A stretch of 63,871 nucleotides of DNA, filler included, from Reclinomonas americana ATCC 50394 (taxonomy: Eukaryota), in NCBI GenBank assembly GCA_048213135.1. It is 8 parts of 3 records of this genome, joined end to end, with 100 filler letters (N's around TTAATTAATTAA, not from the genome) between each part and the next. Parts side by side here need not be neighbours in the genome. Positions count along the whole stretch, not along the records: positions 1 to 21,114 come from PS015354.1; positions 21,215 to 35,236 come from PS015356.1; 6 more parts are not named here. One strand, given 5' to 3'. The translations under genes and the position numbers were made by a program. This document shows, piece after piece, positions 17,601-30,200 of the stretch (positions are counted from its first letter, which is position 1; each line of letters starts with the position of its first letter). The notes under the pieces are model-generated. The model ran no database searches, was not told the origin of the DNA, and worked only from the letters and a program-made list of their open reading frames with translations.

Positions 17601-20600
17601 GAACCATACGGTTGGTCACCTGCGCAAATCGTCGCCGCTCCGGAAGTGTGCGAGGATGGCACTGCCGACAGACAGGCAAGTGGACATGAAGGCGTCGGTG
17701 CTCGGCAGAGTGGCGGCGTAGGCCACTGAGGAGTGCTCTGGATGGGGGGAAGAAGAGGGGAGGAAAGGGGAGGAAAGGGGAGGAAAGGGTGAATGTTGGG
17801 AAGAGGAGGAAAGCGTTAACGGACAAAGGGGAGGAATGCTGAAGGAGGAGGAAGGCGTGGATGCAGGAAGGAGGAAGGAAAGGGTGAGTGCAGGAAAGAG
17901 AGGAATGCGTGAATTCGAGAAAGGAGGAAAGGGTTAACGCCGGGAAGACGAGGAACACGAGGATGCAGGAATGAGATGGGCAGTGTGAATGCAGGAAAGA
18001 GGACGGCAGCGTGGATGCAGGAAAGAGGAAAGCGCGGACGCCAGAGAAGGAGAATGCTTGAACGCAGGGAAAGAGGAGGAATGCTCTGCGGGGGAAGGAA
18101 AGAAGAAAGGCAAGAATGTAAGACAGAGGAATACTCTGCGGGGGAAGGAAAGAGGAAAAAGCATGAATGTAAAAAGAAGAGAATAAAATGTGTGAATGCA
18201 AGACAGCCAAGAAAGGCGTGGATGCAGATAAGTGGACAACCGCTATGTTCAGGAAGAGGAGGAGGAAACCTGCATGCAGAAAACAGAAGGAAAGCGTGAA
18301 TGGCGGGAAGAAGAAGAAAGCGTGGATGCAGGAATGAGTAGATATGCTTGCGGGGGAAGGTAACAGGAGAAGGCATGAAGGCAGGTAAGAGAAGAATACG
18401 TGAATGCGGGAAAGAGAAGGAAACGAATGCAGAATAGAGGAAAGCGTGGATGCAAGGAAGGAGAATGCGTAAATGTTGGAAAGAGGAGGAACGGGAGAAC
18501 GCAGCAAGAGGAGGACGGCATGGTTGCAGGGAAGAGAAGAATGCAGGAAAAGAGGAGGAAAGGAAGAATGCAAGTAAGCGGAGGACAGCATGGATGTAGG
18601 GAAAAGAAGAATGCAACAACGAGGAGAATGCGTGAATGCAAGAAAGACGAGGATGGCGTGGATGCAGGAAAAGAGGAGGAAAGGAAGAATGCAGGAAAGA
18701 CGAGCACAGCACCGATGCAGAAGAGAGTAAATGAAGTGTCGTACGACATCCAACCAGAACAAAGATGACTGGCGCATCAGAGCAGACCACAGGCGAAAAG
18801 TGTGCCAAAGGAGACCAGATAGATGCAAGAGGAATGCACGAAACTGCTGCTTGAGAGTCTCTGGAGCATTGCGTGCAGGAAGAGGGGCGAAGCACGCGAG
18901 ATGATTGAGACCACGAGAAGAGCGGTGTGACGAAAAGAAGAACAGAAATCACGGGAGACCACAGTTGAGAGGTGCATCACAGAAGAGCAGTCACAGGCAC
19001 AGCAAGGTGCGATGATAACAAAGCCCATCCCATCTCTACCCACATTCCCTCTCCCCCCCTTACCAGGACACAAATGCACGCGCAGCGCAACAGCCACCAA
19101 CAGTTGCTCATACGCCGGATCCGTGCGCATCAGCGACGGATCGTTGACCAGCGACACGCAGAGTGCAAAGGGCAACACGGCAAATACCGCATCCACGCTC
19201 AGCAACGAGGCGACTGCCGCCCACTGTGACCCGGAGCGCACCAGTCGCTGCAGCAGCACCACGAAATCCGACAAGCTCTGCGGAAGCGCACACGCATGAG
19301 CAGTCAGCCTCCTGGCACCCTATTCATCTTCACTCTATCTCTCTTTCACACACAGCGCACACACGCCATCTTGCACAGCGCACTGAGGACCTTCTTCTAC
19401 TCGCGGCATTCGACAACACACGCATGAGCAGCCAGCCCCTGTTTTCTATTCCTGGCAACTCTGCGTCGACGAATATTCGCCTGCACTCTGTCTCTCTTTC
19501 ACACACGACGACTGTGAAACAACCAAATCTCCCCCGAATGTCTTGCACTGCGCACTGAATACTTTCTTCTACTCGGCGGCATTCGACAACACACGCATGA
19601 GCAGCCAGCCCCTGCGTCGACTAACAATCGCCTTCACTCTGTCTCTCTTTCACACACAACGACTGTGAAACAACCAAATCTCCCCAAATGTCTTGCACTT
19701 GCGCACTGAGTACTTTCTTCAACTCGGCGGCATTCGACAACTAATCCACTGGCACTGTGTGAGAATATCTCTTTGTGCCATACTCAACCTCTCAGCACTC
19801 AACACCGATACCAGCCGATAAAAAAGCGCCCTCCTCCACTCTTTCCCTTTTCCTCCTCCCCTTTCCCCTTCTCCGCCCCACTCACCTCCACCCCCCGCAA
19901 GCAATCGACGACACTGAACGACGACTGATCCTCCGGTACTGCCTGGGCGACACGCTTGGTAGCCTCGCACACCTGCAGCACACTCTCCACGCGGCCGCGC
20001 TCGACACCCAGCTTGGCGGCCTGCTCCTCACACTTGGCCAGCATGGCGTGCACCATGCCAAAGTACGCCGCCGTCTTCTCCATGTCCTCGCAGAAAAAAT
20101 GGTACTCGCCGAGATCGGCACACAGTGCGCAGGCGTCGACCAGTGTCACCCCGTACGAGTCCAGGTTCTCCACGACTTGCGCGAGAAAGTGCGCCGACTG
20201 CTCGCTCTGCTGGCGCACCATCAGCTGCTCCGCCTCCAGCGTGCTGCCGGTGAGCGCCGCCACGCCGCCGGTCAGTAGCGACGAGCTGTGCTCGCGTGCC
20301 AGCGGGAAGAACGTGAGGTAGCCGCGCTCGTTCCGTTGCCCTGCCATCGACAGCCGGTACTCGTCGTAGGATGGTGGTCGGTGTCCGGCCGACGATGACG
20401 AGGTCGCGTGTACACCCGGATGCGACGGGAACAACATCATCGGCGCCGGTCTCTCCCCGGCCACACTGCGCACGAGCCACTGATGCAGCATGACCAAGCG
20501 ACGCCTGTATGCGCGTTGAGCAAGGGGGGGAAACGAAGAGTAGGCTTCTGCGTGCACGCAACGGAAAGTTGGTGACGTCGTGCCAGGCGCACTCCAGCAG

Positions 20601-20992
20601 CAGCACCTTGTGGAAGCGAGGGGGAAAGGCTTCCACGTCCAGGAGCGAGAAGGAGCAGCCGACCACCGCCTGTGGGTGAGGGTGAGTGGAGGGAATGGAG
20701 GAAGGAATAACAGGACTGCATCAAACGAGACAACTGAGACTCGCACTCTACTCTTCGCGCACCTTCGCAGCGACCTCCAACAACGCCAACGCCCTCTTGT
20801 CGGCCAACTCGGGCTCCGCACGCCGCTCCACGACCTTGCGCATCGTGCCCTCGCAGTCCAGCAACAGTCGCGACACCAGCTGCGCACTGCGTGCTCGAGC
20901 CATTGAATCGCCACCAATCGACAGCCATTGTGCGATCTGCATGCACGAGTGAGTGAGAATGCAAGGGTCTGCACCCAGAAGGAGCTCTGCAT
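14625..20992 (-). CDS. INTS8: Integrator complex subunit 8-like; multi-exon
   Basis: C-terminus FFEYVWEMPILEILI/HLYTLRGD...ESPELNIHNAPSVRRRMIERRKMAFLQRLA resembles the INTS8 C-terminus as I recall it (YIWDVTILEYL...ELNASNP...RKKKFLQAMA); AIVLCQFDEPPDFSAAF and LCADLGEYHF also match INTS8 motifs. Confidence 0.78.
17730..18960 (+). repeat. Degenerate ~25 bp purine-rich minisatellite (GCGTGGATGCAGGAAAGAGGAGGAA-like) in an INTS8 intron
   Basis: gcgtg(g/a)atgca(g/a)g recurs at ~25 bp intervals, e.g. ~17854, 18008, 18216, 18320, 18444, 18630, 18656. Confidence 0.85.
19290..19740 (+). repeat. About three tandem imperfect copies of a 130-175 bp unit inside INTS8
   Basis: cggcattcgacaac at ~19404, 19577, 19728; cacgcatgagcag at ~19291, 19419, 19592; gactgtgaaacaaccaaatctcccc twice. 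Confidence 0.85.
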
Positions 20993-20996
20993 GCCA

Positions 20997-21028
<32 letters not shown>

Positions 21029-21158
21029 CTACGTCTACGTCGACCGAACCGAACCGTAAACGGTACGGTACCGTCCCTTACCCCTACCTACTTCCCTAAC
21101 CCAACCCTTACCCTNNNNNNNNNNNNNNNNNNNNNNNNNNNNNNNNNNNNNNNNNNNN

Positions 21159-21170
21159 TTAATTAATTAA
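21159..21170. other. Artificial contig linker TTAATTAATTAA (also at 35281, 41486, 50412, 54246, 57974, 60622)
   Basis: Identical palindromic 12-mer with stops in all six frames, always flanked by 44 N on each side. Confidence 0.97.
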
Positions 21171-21213
21171 NNNNNNNNNNNNNNNNNNNNNNNNNNNNNN
21201 NNNNNNNNNNNNN

Positions 21214-24200
21214 NGCGACCGCCGAATGCCAACGGGTACTCGGCAGCGCCTAACGGCGCTGCGCCAGCCGACTCGAGAGCTTCGCGCAGTGATGACTTTT
21301 CGCCGATTCTGCCGGCACCGCAGCAGCTGCCGGCCGTCGATCCCTTTGCGTGGTCGCAAGCTGCCGGCGTTGACGACGACGAGAGCGAGCGACGACCGAC
21401 GGCCGACGATGAAATTCTCAATCTGTTTGCCGGTGCGTGTGCAGTGTGCATTGCGTTTCTCTCTCGCAGCCGCTCAAGCAGCATCTGTGTGTTGTTTGGC
21501 GTGCAGGTCGCGATCTGCAGTTGCCAGCGCTCGCTCGTCGCAATCGCTCCATGCACACCACACGGCTCGTGTATCAGATCCTCCGTGTCGCCGAGGCCAA
21601 GGTTGTGCACGCCTACAATGTGGCGCGCATCCTGCATGCACTGGCCGATCACGGAATCCAGGGTCGGTCACTCTCTTGTGTGTGCTGCTGGTGTCGTCAC
21701 CGTTGTTCATCGCCTCGTTGCAGATCGGACGTGCTGTGCTGGGTTCTCGCGGATTTTCTGTTGCGGCCACCGGCGTGAGGTGCGTGCGATGCGATGCGTG
21801 CTCATGGCTGTGGTGTCACTATACTCACCGCTGTCTGGTTGCGCAGGATGAGAAGCGCGTGGAGGTGTATCGCAGTCTGTTTTTGAAAGGTCTGCATTTG
21901 TCATATTCGCTCACCGACCATGATGATCACAAAGGCTCACCACTTGCGCGTGCATCCCAGACATGGATAGCCTGAGCCACGTGACTCGTGTGCTGCAAGG
22001 AGTGATTCAGGCGGCCTCCATCAGCATTCATGTTGCGCATCGCGTGTGCTCGCCTTGTCGGCTGTAATGTAATCGCGAGTCTCATGATCTTTGAACACAC
22101 CAGATGGAGCAAGTGGAGAACGCTGTGGATCTCACGCTATCGCTTGGATTGCGCGAGGCGCGTGAATTCTGGCGATCGCGGTTCGGTGCACAGACCGGCA
22201 AGGTCGTGTTGAGTGAGTTTGCCGAGGTGCGTAACCGGCATTCCGCCTTTTCTTTCCCCTCCTTCTCCCCTGACTCGTTGTGGCGCCTGATCCAGGGTTT
22301 CTTCCGCCACGTGGAAGAGGTGACTTTAACATCGCCCATCTGTTGTTGAGTTCTACCAGCGCGTGTATTTACGCGTGTGCATGCAGAGGTATCCGGGCAA
22401 TCGATTTGTTCGCATGCTGTCCACTGGCCCCGAGTGCATCCAGAGTGTGGACCCGACGCGACAGCGCTCGCGAGACACGGCACTGGCAGAGGCCTGGAAA
22501 CCGTCGTGTACGACGCCACGCATTCTCATGCATCGCCTGATTGCACAGTGCGTCTGTCATCCTCGTCCTCTCACTCTGCCGCCGCAGTCGGTGCTGATTC
22601 GTGTCGATTGCGCAGCGCTCTCGGCGTGTCGTCGCTGGACGGCACAGTGTCCCTGAATGAGTTCCGACAGCGACTGCAGCAGTGGAGAGTGGACGCGGCC
22701 ATTGTGCAGGCCTTTTTGCACCCGACGGTGAGTCCGCGTGATCACACTCACACGCGCTCGTTCGTCCGCCTTCGCTTACCGCCCTACCCCAGGCCGCGCT
22801 TGTCAACGACTTTGGTCCCATAGCCCCCGGTTCGGTAGTTACTTTGTCGCCGATTCCCGCCGAGGAGCAGCATCGGTTGACGGCGTCGCGACGTCTCGTG
22901 GAGCGTGTGCCGTTTGCCGAAATCGTGCACCACCTCTCCGGCGCACAGCAAGTGTTTATTGGGTCCACGTCGACTCACCTGTGGTTGGCGCTGCCGGGTG
23001 AGAAGCAGCTCGCCATGCACGCACGGGACGGCATGAAGAGAGTTGAGTGGTCTCGTCTGTCGTGTTGGATGCGCCTGTGCTGTTGGTCGCCGACACCGCC
23101 CTTGCTCCCGCAGATACCGCTGGTGGAGTTGCTGTTCTGGCGACCACGACCTCTACCGGCAGCTGCACAGGAGCACAGCAGTCGTGCCTCGCTTCGTGAC
23201 TGGCCGGGTGATGTGGTGGAGGCCGACTCGCTCAGCGGGCGTGGCGTGGTGGATGCACTGACGATTCTCTTGCGGCGTCTGCTCGTTGGTTTGTTGTGCC
23301 GCAGTCTGTCACGTGTCACATTGGTTTTCCCACACGCGCGTGCGTGCAGATACGTTCCAATTTGCTCAGTCGTACGTCTGTGTGAGCTTGAGCGAGGACC
23401 ACGAACGCGTCGTCAGTTCGCACCTCTTTGCAAGGGTGTGTGATCAGCGTTTCTTGACTTCCTCGTGTCGCATTGCGCGCACTCAATATCTCCTTTTTGT
23501 TTCTCTGTTGACAGGACGGCTCGCTGAACCGCGACTTCTTTTCGCGTCTCAGTCCCGCCGCGTTCATCTGGCTGGTCAAGGAGTTTCTTGCAAAGGTCTG
23601 TCCTGCGTTTTGTATTCTGTTTCCGTCGCGTCTGCTCATGCCACTCGTGTGCAGCTGCCGGAAGATCGTGCCGCTCTGGATGCGTTCGCCGCCCGCTGGA
23701 ATGCACAGTCGGGACTGGGAGATCGAGGTGCTGCAGGCGGCTGATGTTTTCTTCCTGCTCTTCCCATACTTACCTGTCTGGGGCGTGCGCAGAGCTGCTG
23801 TCGTCGGAGATGCTGGGTTCGATTGAGGCGCTTCTGCACGAGCTTCGTGTGTTTGCCGTGGGCCTCGGTATCGATCGCCTCGATCAGTTGGCGCACCCGG
23901 AGCTGGTGGATCGTGCCACCGCCGACCTGATGTTGGCCACGCACCGACCCGCTTTGCGTCCCTCACCCTCGCGCATGTCTCCATCACGTGCCAGTCGCTC
24001 GTCTCTCGCCGAGCCACCATTTGAATCGCCAGTAGCGCGCATGTTTTACGATTGTTGCGTGAGGGCTGCGCACTTGCATGTATGTGTGTGTGCGTGTGTG
24101 TGTGTGCTGGTGTTCACTATTGTTGCGTTACAGACATTTTTGGGCGAACTGTCACGGCTGGCTGGCCCGGCCAGTTGCGCGCCGAGGTGCGTCGGCGGCA

Positions 24201-27200
24201 GACGGACGAGCGCGACTATCTGCGACACCTCATGGACAAGCCGCTGCCGTCGGAGGAGGAGCTGTGGGCGGATGGTGTGCATCTTTGTGTTCCTTTCGCA
24301 GTACATGTAGGTAACACGGCTTACGAGACTCACGCTGCGTTTCTGTGTGTTCATGCAGTGGTGGACAAGCTGCTGTTTGTGATTGCCAGTTCACCGTGGT
24401 CCTCGTTTGCCGCCATGTCGTCGCCGCAGTTTGCCGAACTCGTTCTGTCCAAGGCGGTGCGTGTGTGGTGACCGCGAGTCGTCATCTGCCACACCTCCTC
24501 ACTCGCATGTCGCTGCGTCTGCAGGACTCGTTGTCAGGACGCTCGCACAGCGCCGCCGCCAAGTCTGCGCCGAACGCTCTCACTGCCCATCTGCTGCGCG
24601 CAACGTGCAGTCGACGCGAGACGACCTCGATGGTGTTGCTCTTCTCCGTGCCTGGTACGCTCACCATTTGGATGTTGTGAAAGTGAGAGACTCGCTGTCT
24701 CACGAGAGTGCATGCAACAGGCAAGGTACCGATATTCGACGTGCAAGACCGTGTCGTGCTGCGCGGCAAGCACGGGGAAGAGATCTTGTCGGTGCCGCTC
24801 AGCAAGCACCACTGCGTCGCTTTGTCGAACGACGGCTACGGTCAAGTGCTGGCCGTGCATGTTCCTTTCGACGTGTCCGGTCGCGACAAGATCTCCATGT
24901 ACCGTCTGGAGCTGGAGCTGTGTGGGTGAGTGCCTGACCGTGTCTCGTGGTCGCGCCTTTTATCCCTCCGCTCACACGTCCATCTGGGTAGATTCGATGG
25001 TGCAAGCAACCGCGACACCACCTCGGCTCGCGCTGTGCTTCCGCTGCTGCTGCCGCGCTTCGAAGACAATGCGTCGCTGCTGCCGTCGCCCGAGTCGCCG
25101 ATGCGATCGCTCGAGTTTGTGCACGTACGCCTCGACCATGATCTGATCCTGACCGATTTGTGCATCTCGGTGCGTTGCCATTTCTGTCGCCAACCGTCGC
25201 CAACACGTGTATCTCACACACTTCTGTGCAGGAGGCCGTTGTCCGTGACTCACGGTCGCTGACAGTGTGGGTCGGAGAGCAGCCGGTGCCGTGGAACAGT
25301 GTGTCGTCGTCGACTGAGGCCACCGCCATTCACCTGGTTGGTGCGCCGATTCCTATCGGACGCCCGATCGTGTCTGCAACTGGAGTGGTGAGTTTCTCTA
25401 GCCACGCCATTCTGATGATGGGTTGTCTCACTCTTCCATGCGCCATGCAGGGTTCGCTTGCTTTCCGAGTCAACCAACGCGGCAACACTCTCGTGTTTCA
25501 GTTGCTGTCGGACCACGGGGTCTTGCAGCGCGACGACGGCAGTGGGATTGCGTGGGAGGCCGCCATTAGTATCGGAGACGTGCGAGATCCATCGAGCATT
25601 CGAGGTTTGTGCATGGTTCTTGGTGTGTGTGTGTGAAAGAGAGAGAGGTTTTCAGTCTCACCCGATCTCTGTTTTATTGCAGGTTACTTGTATCTGGCCC
25701 TCACGGATCGCATCGTGTCGGCAGCGGCGGAAGACGCCTGGTCGAAAATGGAGCACCACCGACTGCGTCAGCAGGGCGACGACAGCGGTCGTGTGTTGCG
25801 ACTCGTCGACATTACGTCGGGGCGGGCGCCTCAGGTGCGGAGCCTCCTTGATCATGGTCGTTATCGTTGCGCCGCTGACCTGCTCCTTGTTTGCAGTTGA
25901 TGACTCGGAGTCGCGTGGGCGTACTCGATCTGCGTCACATCATGTCTGCGCTGTCGACGACTGCCGACACGGTGATTGAGCACTTTGTGGGTGCCATTGA
26001 TGCCGACGGCTGGAAGGAGGTTTGTGTGCTGCGTGGGATGCTCGCGCGTAATGCTTGTCTCACCAAGACGCGCAACACAGGCGGCAGGCTACCAGCATGT
26101 GGAGGTCTCGCAGCAGCCTGCCCACTCACGATCTGTGTCCGAGGACTCTGCCATGTCGAGCTCCGAAGCTGTCATGCCGGTGGCCGACCTGGCATCCATC
26201 CCCTCATCGCTTCCAGCGGTGCGCCGATTCGTTTCCCCCATGTGCACTTGGTAGAGAGAGCTCACTGTGTTACGCAGGATTTCTACCTGGCCTACCGCGT
26301 ACAACCTGGCGGCTACGAAGCCGAATCCGTGGAGGCATCGTGGGGGTCGCGCATTGTCCTCAATGTGCACCCGAAGCGTGTGCACCACAAGTTCGGTGTG
26401 GTTCCGCTGGAAAAGTGCGCGTTGAAGTCCGACGGGCCGAACGGACGCAAGAGAAACGAGCGCGCCGTTGTGCTCGGCATTGCGCCCGTGTCAGCCGCCT
26501 CCAGCACTGTCGGCTTGTGGGGCCAGTGGGCCGGTGTGTATTGTCGAGTCTGATCTCTTTCTAGTCAACAGTCGTGCTCATCAGTGGTTGTTTGCGCGCT
26601 AGGCGACGATGGGTGCTCGCTTCTGGCCAGCGACGTGGTGCAATTCGAGACTCTGTTCCATGTGAGTGTGCCAGCTGGACTTGGGTTTCGTGTTCCTCTC
26701 ACTGAACCCGTCGCCACAGATTCTGGTCCACGAGGGCGTCACTGACGTTTCTTCGTTCCCTCGCTCGCGCGCCTCGCGCATCTGGTACAACGTCGACAGT
26801 CGGTCCGCACCGTGCGCCATCAGCACCGTGTACCCGGCACACAAGACGTGGGCGCGTCTGCCATACTTGCAGACGGGCTCCGTGCTTCCGGTACGCAGCA
26901 GTGCAAGAACAGCTTGTTGGGGTTTATGCGGCAACTGACAACGCTTGTGCTGTGTGCTTGATACGCAGCTGCCGGGCGAGGAGTACGTTTTGATTATTGG
27001 CTTGCTTGTCGATTCGCCAGTGCTGTCACTGGTAACGCATCGGTTGCGCACTTCACTCACTCGTTGCGTGCTGCAAAGTCACATCATTTGCTTGTTGTTT
27101 TTCGCCTGACGACTGTACACGACTTGCGCAGGCGACCCGAGGAGTTATGAAGTCGCGGGCGCATTGTGGGCCGGCTATCCGAACTCGGAGGACTTTTTGG

Positions 27201-30200
27201 CGATTGCCCGCGATATTGCATGGTTAGATGCCGTTGACGACGACGCCACTTGTGATTCGATAACCAATTCTCACGGCTCCCCACCTCCTCGTTCCCCTGC
27301 CTTGTCCTTTGTACATGTTCCATTGTGATTTGCCTGCCATTTGCATGTGTTTGTATGTGCACTTGTGTGTTATTTGTTTATGTGTTGCCCTTGTCAATAC
27401 ACTTGCCTGTTAATGTTTTTTGTGTGTGGCTCTTGCCTCGGTGGATTTTCTTTTGTGTGCCTCGCGCAGTGTGCTATACGTGCCGCAGCGGACAAAGACG
27501 AAGCGTGGATCGTGGCGAACGTGGCGTGGTGAGCTTCTCTCTTACTGCTGCTGCCGACCACACAAGCACACACTCATCATTGTTGCCGCGACAGATGAGC
27601 ACACGACTGTCGACTTGGACTTTGAGGTGAGAAGCCAGCGTCGCCGCCGCACACCCACGGTAACGCTCACTTGTGCGCCTCTGCGCGATGACAGCTCGAT
27701 GCCGCATCGATGACGACGGAAATGTCGAGTGTGGTGCGTGTTCATCTGTGTGTGTGCATGTCCACAAGCATGTTGGCGAGTTTTGAAGCAGAAGTGTCGT
27801 GCAGGAATCGTCACCCCGGAATGTACCACCACCAGCAGCCGCCAAGTCGGCGTTCCGGACACCGGTAAGTGTCGTCCATGTCATCATTCGTATGTATTTG
27901 TGCGTGCATGGCGTGTGACACTCTGCTTCGCGCAGTCGGGCCGCCCACCAGAGCCCACTGTCGATTACATTCCAAAGGCCGCCTCACCAGTCCCTGTTAT
28001 GGCCGAGGACGTGCGCAGGCGGCTATCGGATCGTGAGCGCGAACTCGCGCTCTCGGCCACGCTGTTGCGAGTTGCGTAGTGTGCAGTCGCCCCTCTTTTT
28101 CGCCTGGTCGACTCGTTGTCTGAGTGCGCGACAGGCACGAGACCTGGAGGTTGCGGAGCTGCGAGCAACGCTGGCAGACCAGGTATTCACAGTCTCGTCG
28201 CCGCTCTTGCGGGCTCTCACGTGTCCTCACTGTGGTTCTGCGCAGTCACGCTCGCAAGCCGAGAAGGCTGTGCGTATCGCGCAGCTGGAGAAGGTGGCGG
28301 AGAGGAGCCGTTCGCGAGAGGCAAGTTTATGCGTCGTGGTGGTGGCGCTGGTGATCCGTCAGTGATACTTACATTGTCGAAACGCAGAGTCAACTGGAGG
28401 TCGCAGCCGGTCATCTGGTCTGCCACTGTGTTATGGGCATGTGTGATGTCCTGTATGTAGGCTGACATTTTGTATGTGTGTGTGTGTTTTCGAAGCGATC
28501 GGAGGTCGTGCGCCTCGGCGAGGAGAATGCGGTATGTGGTGGCAAGAATTGACTTGCTATCCTTCTTCCAGGTGGTGTTGTCCTCACGACGAGCTACAGA
28601 CTCAATTGCAGCAACTGGAGCAGCTTCGCGAACACCGAAAGGTGTGTGCGCACCGCGTATTGGCATTTATCTACTCACGTCTCTCACGCATGCCTCTTAC
28701 AATCTATGAAGTCGCTGGAGGAGAACGCCGTGCGCGTGGAGGGCGAGCTGGCTGTTGCGTTCTCACCTTGATTATCACTGCCGGACTCCAGTGGGATTCA
28801 CTTTGTTTCTTGCAGGCCCGTGATGCCACCATTGCCGATCTCAACGCCAGACTGGAAGAGATGCAGCAAGTGAGTGTCCTCCCTAATTTGTTGATCGCGA
28901 GGTGTGTATTCGAACTCATCACCGCGCATGGCAATCGTCAGGCACAGCAAGCGCCAGCGTCTGAGGTGTGTTGATGGTCGTCGCTACCCTTGTTGTCTTT
29001 TCGTGTCCTCACCAACCTGTCGCAGGCTGGCTCGGTGGAGGTACCCACGAAACGCAGACGCTAGTTTGCACGATGACAGCGCTCACTCACACCTTTGCAT
29101 ACAGTCGCGAGCCAAGGAGCTGGATGACGCTCGTGCTCAAGCTCGTGTCTCGGTGTGTGCTTTCACTCTTCCTCCCTGCGTCAGGTGCTTGCACTGCGTT
29201 GCTGAACCCCCGTCGGCATAGGTCGTTCGTGTCGCGCAGTTGGAGAAGATGTTGGAGACTCGTGCGCGACTGGTGCGTTGTTGTTGCTCTCACATCAGTC
29301 GTGCTCGCAGTTGGCTGACCTTGTTGTCGCTTCTCCCTGCAGCAACAAGAATCCGACAAGGTACCTGCCGCGAGTTGACGTGCTGTGTTGTCACATCATC
29401 TGCTCACCTTTGCTTCCCGCAGAGCCACGCGGATGAAGTCCAACGCCTCACTGCTGTTTCGTGACTCTGTTGTTGATCAATGACACAGCGGCATTCTCTT
29501 TCTCAACACCACTGTGGCAGGAAATCGCTGGCGCAAGGCGCGAGAACGAGGTCATGTTGGCGCAGCTGACCGATCAGATCGACCAGCGCGATCGTCTCAT
29601 CACCGAGCTCCGCTCCGGTACTGCCGAAGTCACTTCGCGCACCGAGGTCAGTGGGTTCGCATCGCGCCGTACTGAGCTCTCTGCTGAACTGGGATCTCTC
29701 GGCGCGCAGACGACATTGTCCGAGCTGCAGCGTGAACTGGATGACCGCGAGAAACGGCGGTTAATCGCCAGCAAGCAGCTGGAGGTGGGTCCTTTGTTCC
29801 CCGTCTCCTGTCACTATATTACTTCTCCACTCATTAACACGATCACAGGAACGGTCTGCGGAGTTGCGCCACTCGCAGGAGCAGTGCCTGATCCTGCAAG
29901 ATCGGTTACGTGAGGCCACTGAACGCCGTGTGGCCGCTGAAGGTCGCATCGACTCGGTGCACGACGAGCTGAGGGCCACCAAGGTGCGCGATGATCACAC
30001 ATGCTTGCCAACTCACGTGCGAATCACTGACCGAGAGCACCACGCAGCTGCTAATCAAGCAACTCGAGTTCACCGCACAGGCCTACAGAGACCAGGAGAG
30101 TGCGCTGAAGGACCAGGCGGATCAGGTCGGTTGCTTGTTGTCTCGTCGCACTGCTGCGAGGTGCTCATTCAGTTGAAAAACGCATCGTATAGGCCACCAA

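Noticed and set aside
17437..18952. Long ORFs (463 and 378 aa) rich in Phe/Leu/Ser/Pro; similar ORFs at 872-1582
   Set aside because: Stop-poor translations of pyrimidine-rich intronic repeats
21030..21114. Telomere-like cccta/ccctta/ccctaa tract at a contig end
   Set aside because: Irregular, follows a CT microsatellite and tacg-like noise typical of degraded read ends, and lies ~40 bp from the INTS8 start codon
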